DNA of 64,000 nucleotides, taken from the NCBI GenBank assembly GCA_030264375.1, contig JASCQW010000139.1, positions 32,908,127-32,972,126 on the forward strand, read 5' to 3'. The position numbers and the translations under genes were made by a program. The notes under the pieces were generated by a model that made no database searches, was not told where the DNA came from, and saw nothing but the letters and a program-made list of their open reading frames with translations. The DNA is from Carcharhinus longimanus. Lineage: Eukaryota. Positions 1 through 11,490 of this stretch are shown here, in pieces (position 1 is the first letter of the stretch; every line of letters starts with the position of its first letter).

Positions 1-351
1 TCTGTAACAGCCATCACATCACATTTCCAAGCAGCGATCCACACTCTAAGCTCATCCACTTTCTTCACGGCACTCCTAGCGTTAAAATAGACACATCTCA
101 AACCTTCGGTCCGAGTGCTTCCCTTCTCCATCACCTGTCTATCCTCCCTCTCACACTGTCGACAATCCCTCTCTATTTGCGAGCTAACCCCCTCGTTCTC
201 GGTCATTTCATTTCAATTCCCTCCCCCCAACCATTCTAGTTTAAAGTCTCCCCAGTAGCCTTAGCCAACCTTCCTGCCAGGATATTAGTCCCCTGGGAAC
301 CTGTCCTTTTTGTACAGGTCACACCTGCCCCTAAAGAGGTCCCAATGGTCT
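1..351 (-). mobile_element. CR1 LINE fragment: ORF1 (esterase-like) C-terminus and start of ORF2 APE endonuclease
   Basis: Minus strand reads DHWDLFRGRCDLYKKD...GTNILAGRLAKATGETLN* and then LRCVYFNARSAVKKVDELRVWIAAWKCDVMAVT (CR1 endonuclease N-terminus). Confidence 0.85.
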
Positions 352-476
352 AACTCCCTCCCTAAATAGCATTGTGGGTGTTCCTACGCCACATGGACTA
401 CTGCAATTCAAGGTGGCAGCTCACCACCATGTTCTGAATGCAATTAAGAATAGGTAATAAATACTGGTCTAGCCAG
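352..476 (+). mobile_element. 3' end of a second CR1-group LINE family (called family B here)
   Basis: NSLP..IVG..PHGL..FKVAAHHH-type end followed by an aataaatactgg tail; same sequence family as 10970-11260, 32985-33230 and 58800-59345. Confidence 0.7.
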
Positions 477-565
477 AAATTTTTAAAAAATTCTCCATCT
501 TTATTCATATTCTAGCGTGTACCACACCTCCACAAACAGCTCATTTCGACATGGGGGAGCAGACA

Positions 566-1148
566 GTGACAAAATCACAAACCCAATTGTTAGGCCAAAC
601 TGGCCCTTATAAATTCTTAATCATAAAATCTAGAAAATTTTTCCCAAACCAAGAAATTACCTTCACTTTAAACATAAGTACAATCCATAACTTCCCAGAC
701 CTAATCCACACTGATGAGGTTTTTCCAAAGAGAGATCCAAACAGTTTTTCAGGACAAATATTTTCCTGGCCCAAAACTGAGTTACTTTTCTTCAACTAAA
801 AGGCTTTCACAACTTTCCAAACATACTCCAAAGCACAAAGGAGTTGGCTTTCAGCAGCATTTACCCTCTCCCCCACACACACATACGTGCGCCACACACA
901 CACATACATGCGCGCCCCACACACACACACAGCAGCTATCTACAGCTGAAAACCACTTTCATAAGCACTTTTCCACCCTTTCTCCTTAGCTTTCATTGTC
1001 TTTAAATGTCCCTCTGAAAAATTAGGTTCCCAAAAGTTAAAACTTTTCATGTTTCTATTTTACATCTATTTTGGGTCAATAACATTTTTAAACGCCTGAC
1101 CCTGTTTGCTGATGAATCTCCTGTAAAATGCACATGCTCTGTGTCACA
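566..1148. mobile_element. Possible solo LTR containing a (CA)n tract
   Basis: Imperfect inverted termini (a)GTGACA...TGTCACA; composition similar to the LTR-like block at 42299. No TSD seen. Confidence 0.3.
874..931. repeat. Imperfect (CA)n microsatellite
   Basis: cacacacacatacgtgcgccacacacacacatacatgcgcgccccacacacacacaca. Confidence 0.9.
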
Positions 1149-1429
1149 TTTGAGACTCATTTGAAATGTAAAGCTACATGTCAATTTTACATCTACTTTG
1201 TTTACTTATGAGTTATGACCCACTATAAGGCTTGCAAAATGGAAGAAGATAATGCCTTCAATCATTCATTAGATTTCACAGACAACCTGACTCCAACAAT
1301 CTATTCTTTGATCAATGCTGGACACGCACACTGACATAGCTTTACCCTCACCTGTACAGCGTATGTATATAAACACAAATAATAAAAAGATACATGTCTT
1401 AGCATACATGGTACTTGTGTGGCATAACT

Positions 1430-1640
1430 GCTTTTTGTTATCAGCCCAAGCTTAAATATTGTCCAGATCTTATTGCACATGAACCCAGACTGCTTCAGTA
1501 TAATGAATGGTGCTGAACATTGTGCAGTCATCAGCAAACATCTTCACTTCTGACCTTAGAATGGAGGGAAGGTGAAGTTTCTGAAGATAGTTGGGCCTAG
1601 GACTAACCTAAGGAACTCCTGCTGTGATGTCCTGGGACTG
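1430..1640 (-). mobile_element. CR1-group (family B) LINE RT fragment, continuing at about 2228-2285
   Basis: Minus strand SQDITAGVP*..VLGPTIF...LPSILRSEVKMFADDCTMFSTI (GVPQGSVLGP and FADD motifs); the upstream KMVVVV segment resumes after 2227. Confidence 0.75.
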
Positions 1641-1651
1641 TCCAAAGATGT

Positions 1652-2047
1652 AGATGATCTGGAGGAAGGGGCTGAGTGTAGGGTGACGAAATTTGCTGAT
1701 GACATGAAGATGAGTGGTAAAGCAAATTGCGTAGAGGGTGTGGAGAGTCTGCAGAGGGATCTGGATAGGCTGAGCGAGTGGGCGAGGACCTGGCAGATGG
1801 AGTATAATGTTAGCAAGTGTGANNNNNNNNNNNNNNNNNNNNNNNNNNNNNNNNNNNNNNNNNNNNNNNNNNNNNNNNNNNNNNNNNNNNNNNNNNNNNN
1901 NNNNNNNNNNNNNNNNNNNNNNGTTATGGGGAGAAAGCAGGAAAGTGGAACTGATCCACTTCAGATCAGCCATGATCTTATTGAGTGGCGGGGCAGGCTT
2001 GGAGGGCTAGATGGCCTACTCCTGCTCCTATTTCTTATGTTCTTATG
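1652..2047 (+). mobile_element. Young 5'-truncated CR1 LINE spanning a gap
   Basis: DDLEEGAECRVTKFADDMKMSG...LQRDLDRLSEWARTWQMEYNVSKC; CR1 3' UTR atcagccatgatc...ggcctactcctgctcc and (TTCTTATG)n tail. Confidence 0.9.
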
Positions 2048-2225
2048 TGCAGGTTAGATGGAGTGGTGATGCTATGTTGCCCCTTCATGTCCCAAAACGG
2101 TTGTAGGTTAGGGGGATTAGTGAGGTAAATACATGAGGTAAATACAGGGATAGGGCCTAGTTAAGATGGTCTGCCAGAGGGTCAGTGCAGACTCGATGGG
2201 CTGAATGGTCTCCTTATTTACTGTA
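2048..2225 (+). mobile_element. HE1-type SINE 3' half
   Basis: gcaggttag...gggatagggcc...gtgcagactcgatgggctgaatgg...ctgtaggga...gattctatg; homologous to the full copy at 53558. Confidence 0.8.
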
Positions 2226-4779
2226 GGGAATCTGTGATTCTATGGCTAGGATAATTGATCTTCAACAACCACAACCATCTTTTTTTTCTTCTTGTTAAGC
2301 CTGCTGTATTGTAGAGAGTCCAAAATGAAATGTCAGTGTGGATTTTTTTGTTATGTGTTGTTTGTATATATAATCTAAAGAGGCAGGTTTGAAACCTGGA
2401 TTGTGATGTTGCACTTCAGGATGTCATCAGAGGGGAAGAGTGCTTGGCATTTAAGTGAGTGTGTGAGATTCTGCAATTGAGATAAAATGGATGACAACAG
2501 GAAAAGGGTTGCGAAACTGGGGACAATCAGAGTAGTGATGGATTAAAGTATACATTTTCTTCATCTCTGTGAAGAGAACTGACAATATTTATCCTACACG
2601 TTATACTAAAGCTGTGTAGTGTTTGTTTCACTGTGTAAAGAAGCAGCTTTTCTGTTTCCATAAGGGACTGATCAGGTACCATGCAGTTTGTCTGAAAATG
2701 TTTAGTTTGTCTGTGTCTTGTGAGCCAGGATGTGTGCATGTCTGAGTGTATGTATAGGCGTGAGTTTTTTGTCCTTTTAAGCACGTGTGTTTGTTTGTGA
2801 GGTCTTATGCCCAGGTATGTCAGCAAATGGAAATACTTGTGTGCAGCAATGGAAATTCTGTCCCAGCTAAGTCAGCACAAACGATAAATCAAAGGTGTGG
2901 CCTCGTGGCTTGTTTGCTCAGTATCACACCACACTGTGTTTGTATTCTCTGGACTGTACTGTGTAAGACGGGTTAATGTACTCTTCTGCAGACCTGGGCT
3001 GCTCCAGTGTGAATGTATGAAATTGGGCCAAATGCAAAACTGCTAGTGGGAGTCCTGGAAAAGGACAGTACTGGACACGCTTGCATTCTAGTCTGACTGC
3101 ATTTCACACTATATTCAGTTGAAAGCAGTGATACAGGAAAGCAGCATTTGTGTGCAAGTCTTTGGGCTACTTCTGGCACCATGTCCAGAAGCCCTTTGAT
3201 CTGAGATTTTATGCTGCTGGGTAGCTGCCAATGTGGTTATAAACATTTCCCCAGAATAGAGACTTCAATTGTCAGCTTCTTTTGAGAAGGGTTGGGGATA
3301 AGGAGTATCAAGAGGTTGCCCTTCTAGTCACCATCCTCATGACACGCACTGCTGTTTCATGTTGGTGTTGAGGTTTATGCTACTGTTGTTTGTTTTTATA
3401 CAGAAGAAAACTTTGTTCAAGGTTTCTACATTCAATAAGTCTGAATAGATGGAGAGCCAGCCAATAGTACAGTTCTTGCTGTTTTGCTTGTGAAAATGTT
3501 GAAGTGGCTGGTATCTTTTGGGTTGACATTCACATTCTGTATTCCTCTAGTACAGTGACTTAAACTATTTTGCGTGCAAACATCAACTGTAGACCCTGTA
3601 CCTGCATTGTTGGTTGGTCCAAGCTAACAATGTATTGTCAGCATATCAGACCAGTCATATTGCAACAATCAATTCTATGTGAGCCAATAAGCAAACGGGG
3701 AAGATCCAGGAAGTGCGTTATCCCAGATTGATCTACACAGAACAGCTGGGATTGATCCCCAGACAGCTCCATTTTCCAGCTCTTGATTGGGAAGCCATAG
3801 GAATGCTTCAGTTGGGTTTCCATATCCTTGGGTTAGTGAGGGACAAATTAACCATTGTAAATTAACCTGTTCCTGAACACACCCCTTACGGAAAGGAATG
3901 AATATGGGTATTGGTATTGCATGTTGTGCTCAGTTGTTGTGCTCAGCCCTGAATTGCATGCTTGTGCAATGCTACATGTGAAGATTGCCCAGTTAAATGA
4001 GCGCCTGAAGGGCTAGTGTCTCTGGAACTTCATCCTTAAGAACCGTCACTCTCAGTAATAGAGGTGAGAAAATTGGGAAAGGTCAATGTTTCAGATGAAC
4101 TGGCCAATTTGCCTCAATGGCAAATTGTAGGATTGCATTAGCCAATCCATTTTAACTTTGGTATCTGAAAGCTTAATCCATCTTCTTGGATGAATTGCTC
4201 ATGAGTATCCATTGCCACTGGTGGGGTAGAAGGTTGAATAGAGGTGGCTGTGTTGCTGGTGATGTAGAAAGTTATTTCAGTGATTGATGCAGTTTGTCAG
4301 TGCCTTGTGTGTAGGTCAGGGAGTGGTAGTGGCTCCATCACTTTAAGCTATTTTACTTGATAATATTACTATTAACAGGCAAATGGAAGCTGGTAACCAA
4401 CACAAAGTGAGTCTGACTGATTATTGAAGTACATCCAAATATAAAACCTTACCGTAGCCAGGTATTTTGTATTGCCGGCTGCTTGGATTGTACCTAATTG
4501 AAAATGAGATTGAAGAATCATCGCTGAGTACTATAAAGTCTAAACCTGGAGGTAGCATTCAGAATAGTGAATTCAAAATCAAATAGGGCAAAGTCAAGTA
4601 AAGAGAAAAAAAAAACTGGAGGTAGCATTATGAAAGACAAAGAAACGGTATCAAAATATTTTTTAAAAATCTCCAACAGTTAAAAGCTGAAAACAAAATC
4701 GTACACTTCAAAATTTATTTTTTAGTGTTAGAGTGCTTAAACATAGGGAGAGGGGAAGCAGTGATTCTGCAATCTAATT

Positions 4780-4954
4780 TTTTAAAGGAGATTTACAGTT
4801 GCAAGCCCAGGTAAAATAGGTCCCAGAAGCTTGGTAGAGGGCGTGTACCTTTTGGATGGTTGACTGACAGGAATTTGCCAAGCAAAAGCCCCAGAAAATC
4901 CAAGGGCAAGTGTAAACCTAACGAATGGCTGGTGTTTACAGCAAAATCTGGCCC
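4780..4954. mobile_element. Degenerate MITE (Harbinger-like GGGC terminal repeat)
   Basis: Ends gcaaaatctggccc, a terminus shared with other short elements in the window. Confidence 0.35.
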
Positions 4955-5399
4955 CATGATACCCATGTTATCCCATGATACCCTGCCGAGCAGCTAACAT
5001 AGAATACCTGGGTACTTCTGATTTATACAATTTGACATTTGTGTTTCAAAATGAATCAGACTCAATTTGAATTGGTTACCAATATGCCTTTGTCAGGTAT
5101 TGGGGATTCGCCAAAATAAAGAAGACATTAACTCTCCATATTCCGCACACGGAGTCACTGATGAACAACATCAATTACTGCAATAATTTTCTACATACCA
5201 TCAATGTAACCATCTCTGTGCAATTTAACACCCTTGAGATGGGCACTCAGCAGCAGACTGGGGAGCTAACAAGAACTCCAGGCAAGCTGAGAGTTGTCCC
5301 AAATGTGGTGGTGAGAACTGATTTCAGTTTCCCACTACTGAGATCAGATTGACTGGTCCATAATTATTCAGCCTATCCTTTGCTCCCTTTCTAAACTAA

Positions 5400-5665
5400 A
5401 GTACATTAGCAGATCTCCAATCCTCTGGTGCTTCATTCCTAGTAAGAAGTCTCACAACACCAGGTTAAAGTCCAACCAATTTATTTGATAGTAAACCCAC
5501 CATCTCCACATCATGGCTTCATCCCTATACAGTGAGGATTGAAAATGATGGTCAGACCCTCTGCAATTTTCTCCCTGGCTTCTTTTATCAGCTTGGGGTA
5601 CAATATATCCAGCCTGGGGATTTATCCACTTTCAAGAAACTCTCCTTGTCGTACTTCCTCTCTCC
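5400..5665 (-). mobile_element. CR1 ORF2 fragment interrupted by a short Penelope pLTR remnant (about 5442-5516)
   Basis: Minus strand LKVDKSPG..LYPKLIKEAREKIAEGLTIIF; insert gtaagaagtctcacaacaccaggttaaagtccaac matches the Penelope end at 41462. Confidence 0.7.
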
Positions 5666-5689
5666 CTATGTTCATCACTTCAATACTAA

Positions 5690-5846
5690 AAGCTGACACC
5701 TCTTGAGAGGGAGAGTACTTGAAGTACTCCCTCAGTGAAGAGCTGGATATTCAGCCTAGATTTTTGAGCTCAAGTCTGTTGAGTGGGTCTTGAACCTGCA
5801 GCCTTCTGGTTCAGGTGATGATGCTGCCCACTGAACCATGGCTGGC
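5690..5846 (-). mobile_element. tRNA-headed Deu-domain SINE (SacSINE1-like), 5' part
   Basis: Reverse complement cagccatggttcagtgggcagca...ggttcaagacccactc...gacttgagctcaaaaatctaggctga, with A/B-box-like head. Confidence 0.65.
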
Positions 5847-7219
5847 ACAGACTGAACAACAGCCCACCTAGCTTCTCTGTAGGGTTGGTGAAGCGCACTG
5901 TCTGGGTCACATCAACATTTGGGGAGCTGTGGCATTTTTAAAGTGCATGTGGAACAAAGTAACATGTCCAGCCAGGATCTTCCAGGAAAGAAACTGTTCC
6001 TCGAAGAGCCGGATGTGTTTATGCTGATACACTTTCGTATCTGCTGATCTCTACCAAAGGAAAAACAACAGAAAGCAACATGTGTTTACANNNNNNNNNN
6101 NNNNNNNNNNNNNNNNNNNNNNNNNNNNNNNNNNNNNNNNNNNNNNNNNNNNNNNNNNNNNNNNNNNNNNNNNNNNNNNNNNNNNNNNNNACTTTTAACA
6201 CTGGTAGTTTAACGTTAAGCATAAGTGGATGATCAGGTTTCCAAACGTCTGCTCTTCTGCAGTTAGTAACCTTACACTTCAAGTATTTGTTTGGACTACT
6301 GGAACATTCTCTGAAAAAGCACTTTCTTGATAGAGTCCATTAGTGCCTTCTTACTGTCTGCTAATCCTTAACACAGATTCAGGGCCAAAGTAATGATGTA
6401 AACTGGATGGTGGCTAAAAGGGATTGTTTGCTGAGAAGTTAGCCAATTGCCACATCTTTTCTCAGTTGCCTCTCTCAATCTTAGGGGGCAGGTCTCTTTA
6501 CTTTGTTCTCCACCCTTTCAAGCTTGGACTCAAACCAACATGATAAAGAAAAGATGGACAATAGACTGGAAAACGGCTAGAATTTTTCTTCTGCAAATTA
6601 AATTAAACTTTCCATTCTTCAGATAGTTGGGTCTTGTGGGCCACAACCACAAGATAGCTTATTACAAAGCAAAGGTGTATGTATCACTGGATTTTGTCAC
6701 TGCCATTGTTCACCATGAGGGTGAGGGGCAGATGGTAGAATTCTGCTTTTTGTGTAAAGTTTAATCTGATGAGCTTTTTGTTTGGGTGAAAGCTGAGATT
6801 TGTATGGGGAAATAGTGAGAGGTTTAACAAATATCATTGTATTCATTGAACTAACTCTGCTTTGGAGGCTGATAGGAAGCAGCATGGCAGCTAACTATGA
6901 TGTCTGGTACTTACTGACCCGTCAGTATATGAACAGTTTGGTTTTCTAATAGACTGCAGAGTAAGGAAATCCTTCTACTAGATCCAGTGGATATGTCATT
7001 TTTCCTAGTCTTGCGGGGCAGATGACCAGCTTTGGGCAGTTGAGATGTACTTATATACATGTATACAGTCCTGCACACAGCATTGTAAAGAATGACAGAA
7101 AGATGAATTAAGAATGTTGTGTAATATCATTTTGAAGAATTCTGCCTAGTACACAAAGATGCGCATTAACTGAGGGTTCTCACTGGGACTGCAGTAACAT
7201 ATTTCAGGGATTCAATGAA

Positions 7220-7420
7220 AAGTTCATGCTGAGTCCACCCAGCTTTAATTTTGCTCACCAGCCTCTGGTGTGGGACCTTGTCAAAAGCCTTTTGAAAGTA
7301 CAAACACACAACATCCGCTGGTCCACTCTTGTCCATCCTATTCCAAAAAACTTATCAAGCACAATTTCCCTTCAGTTAATCTATGCTGACTTGGACCAAT
7401 CCTGCCACCGCTTTCCAAAT
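7220..7420 (-). mobile_element. CR1 RT fragment
   Basis: Minus strand includes DVVCLYFQKAFDKVPHQRLVSKIKA. Confidence 0.75.
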
Positions 7421-7484
7421 TGTCTCTTTACACGTTGTCAATTTAATCACTCTACAATTGATGGCCATGCCTTTCTGCTACGTA

Positions 7485-7670
7485 AACCCTAAAGTTTAGA
7501 TTTCCCTTCCCTTCCTAAACCTCTCCACTTTTCTCTCCTTTTAAGACACTCTTTAAAACCAACCTCTAACAAAGCTTTTGGTGGTCTGCCTAATATCATC
7601 TCTAGTGTCAAATCTTATTTCATAACTGTTTTACTACTTTAAAGGTGTATGCAAATACAGGTTGTTATGG
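7485..7670 (+). mobile_element. L2 LINE 3' end
   Basis: cttcctaaacctctcc...tttaagacactctttaaaaccaacctct...aagcttttggt...aaaggtgtatgcaaatacaggttgtt, an L2-type tail. Confidence 0.6.
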
Positions 7671-8644
7671 ACATGTCTGCAGTAGAGCAGCACAGATGCC
7701 ACTTAGTTATATTAGGAGTTTCAATGCAGCATTTCAGTTATCTGACTTGCATTTTAAAGGAGTACAGGCTGGTCACACACACAAAGTTTAATACATCAGT
7801 AGTGCTCCAGTGTTCATCCTCACTCAGCCTCAGTTTAACTTAATGGTTAATCTCCAAGTCAACCATGGAGGATCAGTGGATAATGATTGATTCTGTTTGC
7901 AAAAAGTGATGAACTGTATCAAATGTTTCTTAAATAAGATGCATTTTTATTTTCCTAACACTCCAACTAGGTGTGCATTGGCATCCTGTGGGTCTGAATG
8001 CAGCAAAGTCATCCTGGTTTTGGGATCCCACAGCATCCTTGCCCGCTATTTGAGACATTGCAGATTTAGATTGGTGGCCCCTGGATTAGGAGCTGTACTG
8101 GTTGGAGGAAAAGAATACCAGCGTGCGCTATCACAAAGTTTTGGTTATCTGACTTGGAGAAAGCCAGGAACTGGTAGAAAGGTTCAGAGGTGACAGTTTT
8201 GTGTTCTGTGAATATTTCACCCTTGAACAACACCACTAAATTGTTACAAATTTGGACTCTTGGATACAATGATGATGTATTCTGAACAATCTTCCATTTG
8301 AATGTACGTTTATATTGTACCATAGTGATATAATAAGGCTATAATTGTTCCAGTGATCTAAATGAGATATTTCTGCTTTTACTATGTGTTTGCATTTTTT
8401 CAAAGGCAGACTAACGTTTGGTGAGACTTGCCTAAATATAAATTAATAAGCTTTTATTTCACAAAATATACTGCTCATCAATTATGATCAGATTCACTTA
8501 GTTGTAGAAATGCAGTTTGTCTTCCCAAACTAGGAATTCATGATGTATCCCCAAATCAGTGAGCTGTATTTTTTGACTTAAAATAATTCCCAGTGCCCCT
8601 CCTGTATTCTTGTCTCTGAAGCTTGACTTTACAATTAATTTCAA

Positions 8645-8830
8645 GAACAACACATTTGCTGTATTAAGCACGTTTCACACAACCTCAGAATATCCCAGAT
8701 GATTTCTAGCTAATGAAATGCTTTTGGAATGTTCTCGCTATTGTAATGAAGTCAGATTGCATAAAAGGTCTCTCAAACAAAGCAATATGATAATGACCAC
8801 ATAATCTGTCTTCAGTGACTTAATTGATTT
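8645..8830 (-). mobile_element. Deu-domain SINE 3' part
   Basis: Homologous to 30870-31010 (cacaacctcag..atccca..agccaatga..cttttg..gcaatgtgataatgaccag). Confidence 0.55.
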
Positions 8831-9269
8831 AAAAATTTGACTTATTTTTAGCCTTTCTCGAATCTGACTGTCCATGTCTCTGCCTCTATCTTTATTGCTC
8901 TCTCGCTTGATTGACAGGATTTCAGACCTTCCAGGGCCCCTGCAGAATACATTATATCAGAAACTTTCCAATACAGTGGAGTTGTTGTAACTATTTGTGA
9001 GACAAGCTAGCAAATAGCTTATTATTTACAGTCAGTGGAGAAACAATATCAAATCTTAACTCATTAGTAATCTAACTATCTTAGTCACTTTTTGAACTTG
9101 TGGAAATGTTCCTGCATTAAAACCATAATGCTTAAAAGTAAGTTTTCAAATCCTTCCTATAAAAAAAAGTGATCAAGAAAATCCAGAACATGATGCCAAC
9201 TTGCTGATCAGTCGTCACTGGCTGTTTCTGCAACGTACCGGAGAACAAACTGGCCACCACCTTCTACTA

Positions 9270-9480
9270 AAGAGTCATACAGTTTTAGAGAGGCCCTTTG
9301 GACCATCATGTCTGCATCGACATTCAAGCACCTATTTATTCTAATCCTGTTTTTCCCGCATTTGTTCCATACCCTTGTGTGCTATGGGGTTTCAAGTGCT
9401 CATCTAAATGCTGCTTAAATGTTGTGAGGGTTCCCATCTCTGCCAAGCTTTCAGGCAGTGACTCCAGATTCCTAACATCC
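9270..9480 (-). mobile_element. CR1 3' end
   Basis: agagtcatacag...aggccctttggaccatc...cttgtgtgctatgg...ctgcttaaatgttgtgagg...ggcagtgactccaga. Confidence 0.65.
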
Positions 9481-10334
9481 CCTAGGCATAACCAAAGTTA
9501 TTAATTTGCTTTGAAATGTCAATGAGGATGTGATAAGGTACCACAGAAGTTTTTCCTTTTTTCTCCCTCTGTGACAGTTGCAACTTGAGAACCAGGAGTA
9601 ACTAGTCTTGAAGCTGAGTGTAATCAATCCATGGTCAGCTCGGGGCAAGAGCTGGGACAATGGCCGCTCTGCACTCAGAACCAGAGTCTTATTTTTCTTG
9701 TGAATTTGAATCGGCTGTCAGGTATATGTATTGCGGGTGCTTCATGCTGCCATCTTTCCTACAGTGCCTTATGACAAATCAGAATGCGACCCCTGTCCCA
9801 GCTGGCTGCTGTCATCTTTCATGCACTTGCAGCCAATTATTGTGAATGCCAACCTTGCCCATTTCCTCACTCTCCTTTGGACCTATCACTCTGATTTTAA
9901 AATGGGTAGGTTAGTTACTCAGCCCTAAATCCCAGCTCCATCCATGCTTCAGTGTTTTGCACCGGGAGTACTGATTGACTGACCTTTCTTGGCATCTCAG
10001 ACTTCAATGTCTTGTACCTGTGTTTTACCACAGGGCACATGACAGCCTGCTGATTAACCCTTCTCAGACTGCAGAAGTGGCAGGAAACAAATCAAAATGG
10101 ACCCTGGTATTTTATTTATTGAGCAATTTGGACAGCAAAACCGGAGTCCTGTGGCACAAAGCTACAGTTTAACTCTTTGCAGAGTAATGAATTCGGATTT
10201 ATGGCTAAGCTCTGGGATTGAAGATAAAGGTCTTTGTTGCTTGGCCGTGGAGAAAATGAGTAGGCCCCCCTGTCATGTGGTCTTGGAATCATTTGTATCC
10301 ACCTGAGGGGAAATAATCTCTCATTAAAAATGCA

Positions 10335-10660
10335 TTGTCTGGCCATGCAGCATTCTCTCTGTAGTGCACTGAAATGTCAACTTGGATCGTTGTCTTCCCA
10401 GAGCGTTGTGGATGCTCCATTATTGAGTATTTTCAAGACTAAAATCAATAAGATTTTCAGTCCCTCAGGATATCAGTGGGGAGATGACAATAGGTAAAAG
10501 ATCAGCCTTGATTGTATTGAATGACAGAGCAGGCTCAGGGGCCATAGGGCCTACCCCTGCTCAGATTTCTTATGTTCTCCTGAGTCTCAGAAGGAGACTT
10601 GAATCCAGGATCTTCTGACATAGAGGTGAGAGTGTTAGCTCACTGCCAAGACTGACATAA
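10335..10660. mobile_element. Deu-SINE head (minus) interrupted by a CR1 3' end (plus, about 10390-10578)
   Basis: SINE gcagcattctctctgtagtgcactgaaatgtcaaccttggat resumes as gagtctcagaaggagacttgaatcc after the CR1 tail cccctgctcagatttcttatgttct. Confidence 0.6.
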
Positions 10661-10969
10661 TTCAAAAAAGCAGCAGTTTAAATAGCTTAGAAAATCGCTG
10701 TGCTGAAACCATCATTAACAGAATAGAGTTGACATACTGATACGTTGCAATGAGAGAGACGAGAAACTACCATCTCTTACTGGCATTGTACCCCATGAGA
10801 GGGTGACATGGCCACTCTTCTGGTACATGCTGTGAGGTACAGTGACAGACACTTATCCATTATGCCGATATAGTGAATGTATTTTTCTCTTGGTATAACA
10901 TGGAGAGAGTGACACTTGTACAGTACAACAAAAATTTGCATTTATAGTAGCAAATTTAGTCATGGGGCC

Positions 10970-11260
10970 AATTGTGCATCACCTTCCAAACCCATGACGT
11001 TACCAACTGGAAGGACAAAGTGCATGGGAACACCACCTGTAAATTCCCCTCCAAGCCACACACCTTCATTTCTTGTAACTATTGCTGTTCCTTTACTGTT
11101 ATTAGATCAAAATCCTGGAACTCCCTTCCCAGTAGCATTTTGGGTGCAGCTACATCACATGGACTTCAGTGGTTCAAGAAGGCAGTTCATCATCACCACC
11201 TAGAGGACAATTAAGAATGGGCAATAAATGCTGGCCTTGATGCTGGTATCACATGAATTA
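10970..11260 (+). mobile_element. CR1-group (family B) LINE 3' end
   Basis: ORF 10972-11214 ends SFTVIRSKSWNSLPSSILGAATSHGLQWFKKAVHHHHLEDN, followed by gggcaataaatgctggcc. Confidence 0.8.
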
Positions 11261-11269
11261 AAGTTTAAA

Positions 11270-11490
11270 AAAGCACTTGAAACAAAATTTTACGTTGAAC
11301 CACTCGAGGAGATATTAGGATAGGTGACCAAAAGCTTGGGCAAGGGGGTAAGTTTTAAGGAGCATAGAGAAATGGTGAAAGTTTAGGGAAAGAACTGCAG
11401 TGTTTAATGCCAAGGCTGAATACATGGCCACAAATGGTGGAGCAGTTCAAATCAGGATCATGCAAGGTCAGATTTGGAGTACGAGTGTGT
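11270..11490 (-). mobile_element. L2 LINE 3' region
   Basis: ggtgaccaaaagcttgggcaagggggtaagttttaaggagcat...gtttagggaaagaactgcag, the reverse of the tail type at 7485. Confidence 0.6.

Noticed and set aside
7971-8330. Possible cryptic exon or decayed ORF after a tag acceptor (…DIADLDWWPLD*ELYWLEEKNTSVRYHKVLVI*…)
   Set aside because: Multiple stops, no recognisable family, no clear donor, and it does not fit RNF43 exon structure.
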